Positions 1-8,587 of a stretch of 43,852 nt of DNA are shown here, piece by piece. The stretch's first letter is position 1. The number at the start of each line of letters is the position of its first letter. The DNA lies in the IMG/VR virus record IMGVR_UViG_2563366881_000002, positions 1 to 43,852 of that record; one strand, written 5' to 3'. The stretch is from a virus. Taxonomy: Duplodnaviria; Heunggongvirae; Uroviricota; Caudoviricetes. The notes beneath the pieces are model-generated. The model made no database searches. It saw only the letters and a list, made by a program, of their open reading frames with translations, and was not told the DNA's origin. Made by a program: the position numbers and the translations under genes.

Positions 1-1164
1 TTACGCCTTCTTTATATCCTCCATAATTCCACAGTGGGACATATTTGGGACATTATCACCAAAAATGTCGTCTATTTTCCTTGCATGCTCTGTCAAATGA
101 TTAGGCGCAAGGTGAGCATACCTACGAACCATTTCTATGGACTCCCATCCGCCCATTTCCTGAAGCACAGATAATGGGACGCCTGACTGGATCAGCCAGC
201 TTGCCCAGGTGTGTCTGAGGTCATGGAAACGGAAATCTTCAATTCCTGCACGACGACAAGCTGATAGCCATGATGTCTTGCTGTCGATGCGCATCTTCCT
301 GACCGCAGGCGTTGATGTTCCATCTGCTCGCTTAGCCGCCTTGGTATGTACAAACACCCATTTGTGATGCTTGCCTATTTGATCACGCAACACTTTACAG
401 GCGGTATCGTTCAGCGCCACACCAATGGCGCGGTTTGATTTGCTCTCTTCTGGATTCACCCAGGCAACTCGTCGCTGCATGTCGATTTGTTGCCATTCCA
501 GATTTATGATGTTCGACTTTCTCAGACCAGTTGCCAGCGCAAACTTGACGACAGATTTCAGTGGTTCGGGGCACTCATCAATAAGGCGTTTTGCTTCCTC
601 CTTTTCCAGCCATCTGACTCGCTTGTTTCTGACCGCTGGTATCTTGATGACAGGCGCTTTTTCCAGCCACTTCCAGTCGCGTTCTGCAGCACGGAGAATG
701 GCCTTTATCATGGCAAGATGCTTTGCCTTTGTCTGAGTTGATACTGGCTTTGGTTCATAAACAGGCGGTTCTTTACCTTTCCTGATGGCGGCCTGAACTT
801 TCTGTTTCCATATTTCTTTCGTCTTTCTGTTATGCATTCTGCTTACAGCAGAGTAAATCTTTGCCTCCGAGATATCTTTAAGCCTTATACCCTCAAAATG
901 TTCAAGCCAGAACTCAATCCGGCTTTTATCTGAATCGAGAGATTTTTTATCAGCTTTTTCCTCAAGCCATCTTAGGCAGGCCTCTTCAAAAGTGACATCA
1001 GGTAAATCCCCTAGCTTTTCTACTCGCCAGAGTTCTGCTTTTCGCTTGTCGTGCAACTCCTGAGCTTGCCGCTTGTCCTTTGTGCCAAGAGATTCCTTAA
1101 TTCGTTTCCCGCCCGGGAGCGAATACGAGGCATACCATATTTCATTTCTGCGGAAGAGTGACAT
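1..1164 (-). CDS. int: phage tyrosine integrase (site-specific recombinase)
   Basis: 387-aa ORF; C-terminal tyrosine-recombinase signature (..[20 protein letters not shown]..); SD AGAGGAAAG 5 nt before ATG; first gene of prophage followed by excisionase. Confidence 0.9.
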   Translation of the reverse strand: MSLFRRNEIWYASYSLPGGKRIKESLGTKDKRQAQELHDKRKAELWRVEKLGDLPDVTFEEACLRWLEEKADKKSLDSDKSRIEFWLEHFEGIRLKDISEAKIYSAVSRMHNRKTKEIWKQKVQAAIRKGKEPPVYEPKPVSTQTKAKHLAMIKAILRAAERDWKWLEKAPVIKIPAVRNKRVRWLEKEEAKRLIDECPEPLKSVVKFALATGLRKSNIINLEWQQIDMQRRVAWVNPEESKSNRAIGVALNDTACKVLRDQIGKHHKWVFVHTKAAKRADGTSTPAVRKMRIDSKTSWLSACRRAGIEDFRFHDLRHTWASWLIQSGVPLSVLQEMGGWESIEMVRRYAHLAPNHLTEHARKIDDIFGDNVPNMSHCGIMEDIKKA

Positions 1165-1391
1165 TTTCTTTCCTCTGTTATGCCATCACCTGCGCTCACC
1201 TGGACAGTATGCAGCGGAGACTGAAGCGCCGCAATGCAAGCTTGCCGTGTTGTGAGGTAAGGAGATTTTGGCTTGGTTGGATCTTTACGTGTTGCCTGTA
1301 GGCGGCCTGTTCGTATCCAGTTGGTGGCGGTTGGTCTGGATATCTTAAGAAACTGACAGGCCTCATCGAGTGTGAGGCTGTATGGCTCCAT
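1020..1391 (-). CDS. xis: excisionase-family DNA-binding protein (HTH_17-like), overlaps int start
   Basis: Internal ATG giving [31 protein letters not shown]..., a typical excisionase/AlpA-type HTH; immediately upstream of int on same strand. Exact extent uncertain. Confidence 0.55.
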   Translation of the reverse strand: MEPYSLTLDEACQFLKISRPTATNWIRTGRLQATRKDPTKPKSPYLTTRQACIAALQSPLHTVQVSAGDGITEERKCHSSAEMKYGMPRIRSRAGNELRNLLAQRTSGKLRSCTTSEKQNSGE

Positions 1392-1696
1392 TATTTCACC
1401 TCTTGCTGTGTCATTGTTGAAAAATGGATACCAGCTCGTTGCTGCCAGACGATCCAACCGAGAGTCATATCCCATGCCATGTATTCGTTATCGCCGTTTT
1501 TTACTCTCCGACGATCTACTAAGTCACCGAAACGCTTTTCCATGAATAATTCATAGGCTTCGCGTTCATCTGGCTCTACTTCCAGAGATACGAGTGCGAT
1601 TTCATAAGCACGGCGCTCAATATCGTCTCGAACCTCTAGGCTGCTGATTCGTTCTTTGATTTCTTTAATCAGTTCTTTATTGGTAAATGTGGTCAT
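1391..1696 (-). CDS. yfdT: hypothetical early protein (YfdT-like, 101 aa)
   Basis: Compact 101-aa ORF, start overlaps stop of upstream gene (ATAATG coupling); same length and position as yfdT in CPS-53-type early operon (recalled, not searched). Confidence 0.45.
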   Translation of the reverse strand: MTTFTNKELIKEIKERISSLEVRDDIERRAYEIALVSLEVEPDEREAYELFMEKRFGDLVDRRRVKNGDNEYMAWDMTLGWIVWQQRAGIHFSTMTQQEVK

Positions 1697-2058
1697 TATG
1701 CTCCAGCCTCCGGTGCTTTTGGCATTACTGCCCAGTGAGTGATATTGACGTTTTCAAGGTCCCCGACCTGAAATGTCCACTGCCATTCTCCGGTTTCTTT
1801 TTGTCCCCAGGTGTACCAGAGAGAACGCCAGCCAATCAGCCAGCCTTCTCCATTAGCATCAAATAACAGAACACTTTCATTTGCTGGTGGCAGTTCAGCT
1901 GACACTGGTATTATTTTGTTTTCCAGTGCCGCACATTTAGCTTCAAGCGCGTCGAATTTACGTAACAGGTACTCAGCATTTGTTTCATTCACTTTCAGAT
2001 CTCGCGGTACACATTTCCCGCGAAGAAACCCTTCCATTTCGAAAACATTCATGCGCAT
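1696..2058 (-). CDS. yfdS: hypothetical early protein (YfdS-like, 120 aa)
   Basis: 120-aa ORF translationally coupled to neighbours; length and position match yfdS of CPS-53-like prophages (recalled). Confidence 0.45.
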   Translation of the reverse strand: MRMNVFEMEGFLRGKCVPRDLKVNETNAEYLLRKFDALEAKCAALENKIIPVSAELPPANESVLLFDANGEGWLIGWRSLWYTWGQKETGEWQWTFQVGDLENVNITHWAVMPKAPEAGA

Positions 2059-2585
2059 TTGCGTAACTCCGATAAATCGTTAAAACGTTCCATAAACATC
2101 CCGTAGACATGACCCGGTGCCAGTGGAATCACGTTGAACATCTCTGTTGCCGGGATGCCTTCCAGTACAGGCCAGAAAGAGCCATCATCAAGCCCGAGAT
2201 CGCGGCGTTCGGTTGCCAGCATGATGAGATCGGCATATTTCACGGGTGTACTCATAACTGGGGGTAACCCGTATTTCTCACGGATTACGGCGTCTATTTT
2301 TTCTTCCATCCGTTTATAGTCAGGAAGAAGGCGTTTCAGCGGCGCGGGGATGTCCTGGCAATACGCTTCTGTTGCATCATGCATTAACGCTTCAAAAGCA
2401 AATTCCTGCGGCACCAGCTGGCTGCAAAGCACCGCATGTTGGGCGACACTGTAGAAGTGTGAAAGATGACCGGCAAAGCGACAGATATTTGAAAGGGAAA
2501 CCGCGATATCGTTAATCACGATGTCGTCTTTATTTATCCTGTCATAATAAAAATGCTTCCCGGAAAAAGTTTTAATAAATGACAT
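2049..2585 (-). CDS. yfdR: HD-domain phosphohydrolase (YfdR-like 5'-deoxynucleotidase), 178 aa
   Basis: Start MSFIKTF with SD GGAGAA; contains HD motif (..ALMHDATEAY..); 178 aa as in YfdR. Confidence 0.7.
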   Translation of the reverse strand: MSFIKTFSGKHFYYDRINKDDIVINDIAVSLSNICRFAGHLSHFYSVAQHAVLCSQLVPQEFAFEALMHDATEAYCQDIPAPLKRLLPDYKRMEEKIDAVIREKYGLPPVMSTPVKYADLIMLATERRDLGLDDGSFWPVLEGIPATEMFNVIPLAPGHVYGMFMERFNDLSELRKCA

Positions 2586-2712
2586 TTTGTTCTCCGCGTA
2601 TATGTGCTGCACCACGCTGAATTCTGGTAAAAGGAAGCCCTCACCATCCGGCGATTATTGAGTCAATTACGTTTCCATAAATGCCCCCGCAGGGGCATTT
2701 GCAGTAATGAAA

Positions 2713-3537
2713 TCAGGCGGTGAAAGTACCAATAAAGGTTTCTACTTTGCTGTCTTTGAATTTCTCAACAAGCAGATCACGAAATTCGTTAGCCATTTCT
2801 TCCTGCACCGCCTCCAGCTGAATAATGCGCAGAACCAGTACAGGACGATCGCCAGTGATAATGCTGAGGCGTAATTTAAATGGACGTTCTTTCAGACCTT
2901 CAAACGGAACGCATTTAAATTCAAATGCCACTGGCATAATATCTTTGGTTTTCGCTTCGACAGACTCCATCAGGGAGCGTTTGCCGCTGAAGTCATTATC
3001 TTCAAAATCAGCGGTCTGGTTTGCTTCAATCGTGATTTTACGGACAGCCGCAGCCGCTTTTGTTGCCTGAATAGCGTCACCATTAGCATCAAAGCCCACA
3101 AGGTAGTCGGCCCAGTCTTCAATCCATTCTGCCAGTGACTTCTGGGAATGACGCTCGCCATTAACAGACAACAGAGCAGAGAACGGTGCTGTCTTTTTCA
3201 GTTTGAGAGTGGAGGTGTTATCTGCGTGACCTGGTTCATCAATAGTACCCAGGTTAAGCACACTGACGGCACGCATATTATCGGCATCGATAAAGCAGCG
3301 GGTGCCTTCATCTGCAAGATCTTTAGAATAACGGGTAAAATCATCGATGCTGGCAGTGGAAAGTGCACCACGGAAACGGAAGCGATTTAAATTAAATTTT
3401 TCCAGATCATGAATGCGGAAATTCTCAGGCAATGCCACAGCATCGGCACCAATCTTACTGATAATTTCATTAACACCCTGAGCAGAAATAAGGGCATGGA
3501 TTTGATTAATTGCGGTTGCGTCTAAGTTCTGAGACAT
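2713..3537 (-). CDS. yfdQ: DUF2303-family phage protein (YfdQ-like), 274 aa
   Basis: 274-aa ORF with SD GAGGA 7 nt upstream; length and neighbourhood match YfdQ (recalled). Confidence 0.6.
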   Translation of the reverse strand: MSQNLDATAINQIHALISAQGVNEIISKIGADAVALPENFRIHDLEKFNLNRFRFRGALSTASIDDFTRYSKDLADEGTRCFIDADNMRAVSVLNLGTIDEPGHADNTSTLKLKKTAPFSALLSVNGERHSQKSLAEWIEDWADYLVGFDANGDAIQATKAAAAVRKITIEANQTADFEDNDFSGKRSLMESVEAKTKDIMPVAFEFKCVPFEGLKERPFKLRLSIITGDRPVLVLRIIQLEAVQEEMANEFRDLLVEKFKDSKVETFIGTFTA

Positions 3538-3602
3538 AATAAGTCCTCACTATATAAAGATATTCAGTGATGAGATAAATAATCAGTTTATTACGAACGA
3601 TA

Positions 3603-3965
3603 TTAACGACCTGCTGCGCGGAGTTTTCCGTCAGGTTCACCGGCAAGAGTCAGTAATTGTCCCTGGTCTTCCTGCAGAATAGTCAGGCGACCACCGCGAT
3701 TGACATACATCGGCGTTTCGGTGGTGTCTTCTTCGGAAATTTTCCCGCGGTTAGTTGGGCGAACATATGAGAGTTTGTGTTTGATTTTCACACGGTTCTC
3801 ATCAAACGGTTCGATTTCCAGATTGAGTGAGACCTTCCCTTTGGTTTTCGTGTTCATCACACCGGAAGCGACCTCACTGAGAACTGCGCCGATTTTGGTT
3901 TCAAATACGCCGCCGTCCAGCTCCCCGATAAATGCCTGCACATCAGTACTGCGTTCGCTAGCCAT
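3603..3965 (-). CDS. yfdP: hypothetical early protein (YfdP-like), 120 aa
   Basis: Internal ATG at 3965 (MASERSTDVQAF...) preceded by SD GAGGAGCAG; upstream part of the longer ORF-track frame has no coding character. Confidence 0.5.
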   Translation of the reverse strand: MASERSTDVQAFIGELDGGVFETKIGAVLSEVASGVMNTKTKGKVSLNLEIEPFDENRVKIKHKLSYVRPTNRGKISEEDTTETPMYVNRGGRLTILQEDQGQLLTLAGEPDGKLRAAGR

Positions 3966-4459
3966 TTTGCTGCTCCTCATCATATCGACCCTGCAAGGTC
4001 GGTTGGTTTCTCCACAAAACAGAGAAGAACACCTGCGGTGGCAGCCGCCCGGATGGATTGGGTTATGAGCCCGTCGTCCGGTGATGCTCTTCTCTGTTTT
4101 GCAAAAAAGGACGGTACCAGCCGGAAGCAAGGGTACAAACTGGTACCGCCAGGACTACACACAGCATAAAGTTGTGGTGCCGGGTGCCTCCCGGTGCCTG
4201 GCGAAGGTTGCACACCAGGCGGGTGGGTATCCACAGAAGGTCGACTGTCAGCCTCAACCTTAACCCGCGTGCGCTGAGCCGCATTCACCACAACGCTAAG
4301 GATTCTCTCTGGTTGAAAATACTTAGCTGTTATGTGCCTGCTTTTAGCCACATCAGGCGAGGTGGACCTGGTTATTCCCCAACAACAAGGATTCGGTTAA
4401 TCTGGATATCCCCAACAACAATAAGAGTATTCAATGTGATCGCTGAATTAACGGCAGCA

Positions 4460-4951
4460 ATGACGGCTATTCGTGAAACAGCCCAGATTGCAAAACTAAT
4501 GAACGAGGCAAAAACTCAAGCTGAAGTAAATGCGGCTATTGGTGAGCTGAACTCAAAGCTTGCGTCTATTCAGCGCGAATGCGTGTCTCTCGTTGAACTG
4601 GTGGGCTCTTATCAAGAAATAAATGCTTCTCTCAAAGCTAAAATTGCAGAATTCGAAAACTTTGAGGCTCAGACGGAAGGCTATATCCTTAACCAACTTG
4701 AGTCGGGTACTTTTGTATACTCGAAGGAGGTAATCGTGAACGGTGGCAGCATAACCATGCATCTTTGCCCAAAATGTTTTGGACAAAAGATAGTATCGAT
4801 ACTTCAACCATTCCCGGTTAGCGAAGATGAGCTTTTTCATAAAAGCAGGTGCCTCCACTGTGAAAATAAGTTTCTGATGAATAAAAATCCGGATTACGTA
4901 TCGCCTCCATCCATTGAGGAGTTGTCCAGAAAACTTAACGGCAATCTGTAG
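4460..4951 (+). CDS. hypothetical coiled-coil protein with C-terminal C4 zinc ribbon (AT-rich cargo gene)
   Basis: 163 aa from ATG 4460 (alternative GTG 4436); N-terminal heptad-like region, C-terminal CPKC...x34...CLHC; AT-rich codon usage unlike flanking genes; followed by intrinsic terminator. Confidence 0.5.
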   Translation: MTAIRETAQIAKLMNEAKTQAEVNAAIGELNSKLASIQRECVSLVELVGSYQEINASLKAKIAEFENFEAQTEGYILNQLESGTFVYSKEVIVNGGSITMHLCPKCFGQKIVSILQPFPVSEDELFHKSRCLHCENKFLMNKNPDYVSPPSIEELSRKLNGNL

Positions 4952-4984
4952 ATTACTACTGTTGTGGATATCCAGATTGTTAAA

Positions 4985-5016
4985 GAGCTAAGCGTCCTGT
5001 AGGGCGCTTTTTTGTT
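4985..5016 (+). terminator. rho-independent terminator downstream of zinc-ribbon ORF
   Basis: Stem AAGCG..CGCTT followed by TTTTTTGTTG. Confidence 0.4.
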
Positions 5017-5100
5017 GCTAACGAATCATCCGGTCATTCATACGCCACCGGCGGCTACTTCGTGGGCGTCCTGCCTGTCCGTGATAGCTTACATTATGTT

Positions 5101-5150
5101 GCTACTTAAAGTAGCAAAAATCAACAACAAAAAGTAGATATTTGTTGTTG
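5101..5150. promoter_or_regulatory. operator-like palindromes (candidate OL/pL region)
   Basis: Palindrome GCTACTT-A-AAGTAGC (5101-5115) shares half-site AAGTAG with the two repeats in the cI/cro intergenic region; second inverted repeat CAACAACAAA..TTTGTTGTTG (5122-5150). Confidence 0.4.
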
Positions 5151-5335
5151 TCTATGATTTTTCTATAATTAATTGAAAGTTAAATGTTTTTGCTGATTTA
5201 CTATGCTGTAAACTGAAAATATCGCACGAAGTTGGAGTAGGTATTGAGCATAGTGAATTATGAGGAGGGAGTTTTTTATGAGATTAATCAGGGAGAAAGA
5301 AGAGTAAAGCCCGGTTATGCGGCCGGGCACATGCA

Positions 5336-6412
5336 TTACTTTGTAAGTTCTAGAACTCGTTGAGCCAGCCCTTTAAATTGTTCGTTAAAGGCGTCTCTGC
5401 TTGATTTCATTGTATTTAAGGCATGCCCAAATTGCCCTGAATCGCGAATTTGCTGATCACTGATGGAGAAAACAGGTGTCGCTAGTTGTTGGCTTATTGC
5501 GATTAATGAGTTGAAATCGGAAATATGCGCAAGATCATAGGCTGATAAATCTCCACTGACTGTTGTTTTGTTAATTGCATGTTGCACTTTATCTCGTGGA
5601 ATTATGCAGGTAATTTTTTCTAGATTTGGCACTAAGATCGAATCAACAGCATCACGGATAGCTGCCATCCATTTTTCGAAAGATTTTACAGGTGCTCCTT
5701 TACGCGGCCTGTATCTCTGCTGAATCATACCTAGAAACTGCGGTGCATTTTTAATTGATTGTGAAGAGTTACCATCATTATTTTCTTTAAATAATGCTAA
5801 TTCTTTGTGCCAGCGAGGTATATTTTTTGAGAGAGAGCGAATTGCTTGCCAGCAAAAAAAGTCTGGAGCTACAGGTACGATAAAATAGTCACTTGACATG
5901 AGAACTACTTCATTTAAACCTCCAACATTAGGGCTGAGATCATAAAGAATGTAATCAATATTATTCTTCATGGCGATTAGCTGTAATATTTTTGGCAGGT
6001 TCCCTGGTATATTTCTTGTAGCAGGAATACCAGCAGCAATTTTTAGAGAAACACTTATCTGTGAATCTAAGTCCGAAACATCTAAATGTCCGGGAAGAAG
6101 CAGAAGGTTTTCATGCAGTGTAGGGTGTAATTTTCCCGTTTCTTTTTCAAGGTATGCTTCAGGTTGTCCGCCATTAATCAAATATTCTACAATAGGTCCA
6201 AGAGTTAAGTTATCTCTGCTAGAATAAAAAGAATCTAAACCCTCATCAATCTTTTCATAGCCAAGAACCATTCCTGTTAGATTACATTGCGAATCAAGGT
6301 CAACCATCAATACTTTCTTGCCTTCATCCGCAAGTGCCCATCCAAGATTGAAGGTTGTTGTGGTTTTACTTACCCCACCTTTATGATTAAAAAAACAAAT
6401 TGATTTTGTCAT
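5336..6412 (-). CDS. ParA/MinD-family P-loop ATPase with extended C-terminal region (358 aa), rex-position cargo
   Basis: Deviant Walker A ..NHKGGVSKTTTTFNLG.. and ParA-type motif ..VLMVDLDSQCN..; SD AGGA upstream; AT-rich; sits immediately downstream of cI on same strand with own AT-rich upstream region. Confidence 0.8.
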   Translation of the reverse strand: MTKSICFFNHKGGVSKTTTTFNLGWALADEGKKVLMVDLDSQCNLTGMVLGYEKIDEGLDSFYSSRDNLTLGPIVEYLINGGQPEAYLEKETGKLHPTLHENLLLLPGHLDVSDLDSQISVSLKIAAGIPATRNIPGNLPKILQLIAMKNNIDYILYDLSPNVGGLNEVVLMSSDYFIVPVAPDFFCWQAIRSLSKNIPRWHKELALFKENNDGNSSQSIKNAPQFLGMIQQRYRPRKGAPVKSFEKWMAAIRDAVDSILVPNLEKITCIIPRDKVQHAINKTTVSGDLSAYDLAHISDFNSLIAISQQLATPVFSISDQQIRDSGQFGHALNTMKSSRDAFNEQFKGLAQRVLELTK

Positions 6413-6582
6413 ATTTCTCTATCCTTTCGACCCCCAGCATATTGTAATTTACGCTGGGTGATTATTTTATATTGTTAATGATAATGTTTAATAAAAATAA
6501 GAGAGTAAAACAACTATTAGTAATAGCACTTGCTTGATAAATATTATTTTTTCACCTTTAGTTCTATAGTCTAAACGAAGAA

Positions 6583-7344
6583 CTAAAGCCGGTTGTATTT
6601 AATTGATTCGTGTATCAATGCTTTGCCCATAACATAAAGTTGATCTTGGGACTTCTCATCAATGTACCATTTCTCATAGGCTGGATTATCCGAAAGAACG
6701 GCGAGTTTGTTGCCTTGCATTTGTAGACGTTTAACGTGGAACGTCTTACCATAAACGAAAGAGTAAACACCATCAGTTTGGAAGTTGCGAACAGAAATGT
6801 CGACAAACAGTCGATCTCCGGAAACTAGAGTAGGGGACATGCTGTCGCCATTTACAGTCATAACTTTAATATCATCTTGAGAACGATTACCGAAAAGAGA
6901 ACGGGCATGCTCTGTTGTGAACTCAATGGCGTAGAGCACATCAACATAGTCTGAAAGCATATAGGTTCCAGGTCCTGCGCTAACGCTAAGATCCAAAACT
7001 TCTATCCTGTATACATCGGGTTTTGTTGGATTGGGGATGCTTGCCATTTCCTTACATCCTTCTCTCTCGCCAACACCATATTCTAAATATGAAGCTGATA
7101 CCCCCAGAGCCAATGCAAGTTTATTCATGACAGAGGCACGAGGCTTCGCAGCGCCGATTGTGTATCGCCGCGCCATTTCATATGTAACGCCCACAAGACT
7201 TTTGAGTTGGGTGACAGAAATTCCCTTGTTTGTCATTAGCTCGTTTAGTCTCTTGGCGAAATCTGGATACTTCTGTTCTTCTACCATAGGTAGAAGGTTA
7301 CTCGCATCACATACGCTAGTCATTTCTATTTTAAGTAGTTGCAT
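6583..7344 (-). CDS. cI: CI-like prophage repressor (N-terminal HTH_XRE, C-terminal S24 LexA-like peptidase domain)
   Basis: HTH (..ISVTQLKSLVGVTYEMARRY..), S24 catalytic Ser in ..NGDSMSPT.. and Lys in ..HVKRLQ..; divergent from cro-like gene. True start may be internal (ATG at 7323 or 7287); no SD at any candidate, so possibly leaderless. Confidence 0.85.
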   Translation of the reverse strand: MQLLKIEMTSVCDASNLLPMVEEQKYPDFAKRLNELMTNKGISVTQLKSLVGVTYEMARRYTIGAAKPRASVMNKLALALGVSASYLEYGVGEREGCKEMASIPNPTKPDVYRIEVLDLSVSAGPGTYMLSDYVDVLYAIEFTTEHARSLFGNRSQDDIKVMTVNGDSMSPTLVSGDRLFVDISVRNFQTDGVYSFVYGKTFHVKRLQMQGNKLAVLSDNPAYEKWYIDEKSQDQLYVMGKALIHESIKYNRL

Positions 7345-7361
7345 TCTGCTATTTTAAGTAG
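7326..7361. promoter_or_regulatory. OR-type operators: two direct copies of CTATTTTAAGTAG in cI/cro divergent promoter region
   Basis: Identical 13-mers at 7326-7338 and 7349-7361 (23-bp centre spacing), each an imperfect palindrome CTAyTT-N-AAGTAG; same motif at 5102-5114. Confidence 0.5.
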
Positions 7362-7393
7362 CATCATCCCTCTGAATTTCAGAGGAGAAAGGT

Positions 7394-7657
7394 ATGTCAT
7401 CTCAAAACTACACAGAGAAAGCAGTAAAAGCTGCGGGAAAATCTTTATCTGAAGTAGCCCGTCACTTTGGTTTTAAGTCCACTCAATCCGTCGCTAATTG
7501 GGTAATTAACAATCAAGTCCCGTCAGAACGGGTTTTACAACTTTGTGAGTTGGGAAACTGGTCCGTGACCCCTCATGAACTGCGTCCTGATATTTACCCC
7601 AATCCAAATGATGGATTACCTGAGTGCTATTCAAAAGTTAGCGGTTCAGCTGCGTAA
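7394..7657 (+). CDS. Cro-like / YdaS-family HTH regulator
   Basis: 87-aa ORF with SD GAGGAG; divergent from repressor; HTH-like segment ..LSEVARHFGFKSTQSVANWV.. Confidence 0.7.
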   Translation: MSSQNYTEKAVKAAGKSLSEVARHFGFKSTQSVANWVINNQVPSERVLQLCELGNWSVTPHELRPDIYPNPNDGLPECYSKVSGSAA

Positions 7658-7685
7658 ACGTAACCACAGAAACGAGGAGTTAACC

Positions 7686-8243
7686 GTGGGTAAGCATCAC
7701 TGGAAAATAGAAAAACAGCCTGAGTGGTACGTGAAAGCTGTCAGAAAAACTATCGCAGCGTTGCCGGGGGGGTACGCTGAAGCTGCTGACTGGCTGGACG
7801 TAACAGAGAACGCATTATTTAACCGCCTTCGTGCCGATGGCGATCAGATTTTCCCGCTGGGATGGGCAATGGTTTTACAGCGTGCTGGTGGCACTCACTT
7901 CATTGCTGATGCTGTGGCGCAGTCTGCAAATGGCGTATTTGTGTCTCTTCCTGACGTCGAGGATGTGGACAACGCCGATATTAACCAGCGTCTGCTGGAA
8001 GTCATTGAACAGATCGGCAGTTATTCAAAACAGATTCGTTCAGCAATCGAAGACGGTGTAGTGGAACCGCATGAGAAGACAGCAATTAACGACGAGCTGT
8101 ACCTCTCAATTTCGAAGCTGCAGGAGCATGCAGCACTGGTCTACAAAATCTTTTGTGTTTCAGAAAGTAATGACGCCCGCGAGTGTGCAGCTCCGGGCGT
8201 CGTGGCGTCGATTGCTTCTGGTTGTGGAGAAACTAACGCATGA
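7686..8243 (+). CDS. YdaT-like regulatory protein (CII-position)
   Basis: GTG start with SD GAGGAG 7 nt upstream, directly after cro-like gene; 185 aa. Family assignment from recall of ydaS/ydaT pairs in lambdoid prophages. Confidence 0.5.
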   Translation: MGKHHWKIEKQPEWYVKAVRKTIAALPGGYAEAADWLDVTENALFNRLRADGDQIFPLGWAMVLQRAGGTHFIADAVAQSANGVFVSLPDVEDVDNADINQRLLEVIEQIGSYSKQIRSAIEDGVVEPHEKTAINDELYLSISKLQEHAALVYKIFCVSESNDARECAAPGVVASIASGCGETNA

Positions 8244-8578
8244 ACAGTTTAACAACACACTACCGTCGCTCGCAACTGATTGCGCTTCCTGTACCGGGTG
8301 GAAAAGCGAAGGTGGAATATTGCTATGCAGTGAATGTACCAGGTGACAGGGAAATTGTAACCCACAGCTTTGCTGAGTGGGCTGTGGGTGATTTCAACCG
8401 GCAGAAGGAGACAGTCCTTTGCGACAAGTTAACCGCTGGTTCAAAGATCACTACGGAGTGCCCGTCAGAGTCATTCGTTGGGAACCGGAAACACAACGTG
8501 TTATCTACCTCCGCGAAGGCTATGAGCATGAGTGCTTCAGCCCGCTCGAACAGTTTCGTCGTAAATTCAGGGAAATAG
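8240..8578 (+). CDS. hypothetical protein, possibly frameshifted (see findings)
   Basis: ATG overlaps YdaT-like stop (ATGA coupling); N-terminal ~60 aa look protein-like, the C-terminal part is low-complexity while the +2 frame (8419-8598) encodes a clean 59-aa peptide. Confidence 0.35.
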   Translation: MNSLTTHYRRSQLIALPVPGGKAKVEYCYAVNVPGDREIVTHSFAEWAVGDFNRQKETVLCDKLTAGSKITTECPSESFVGNRKHNVLSTSAKAMSMSASARSNSFVVNSGK

Positions 8579-8587
8579 AGGTCGGTC

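Noticed and set aside
3980-4351. 123-aa and 73-aa minus-strand ORFs in the GC-rich spacer
   Set aside because: Overlapping ORFs in several frames with Pro/Gly/Arg-rich junk-like sequence; behaves like non-coding GC-rich DNA.
3966-4459. Retron msr/msd-like non-coding RNA
   Set aside because: Inverted repeats are present but there is no reverse-transcriptase gene adjacent, and the following ORF is a zinc-ribbon protein on the opposite logic; more likely a leader/attenuator or decayed gene.
4553-4858. 101-aa minus-strand ORF antisense to the zinc-ribbon gene (possible N-like antiterminator)
   Set aside because: No Arg-rich N-terminal motif, poor composition, no RBS; the plus-strand ORF has the coherent domain structure.
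5278-5307. 9-codon ORF (MRLIREKEE) with strong SD GAGGAGGGAG
   Set aside because: Lies in the 3' flank of the convergent ParA-like gene and overlaps its terminator hairpin; the SD-like run is probably incidental. Too short to support as a gene.
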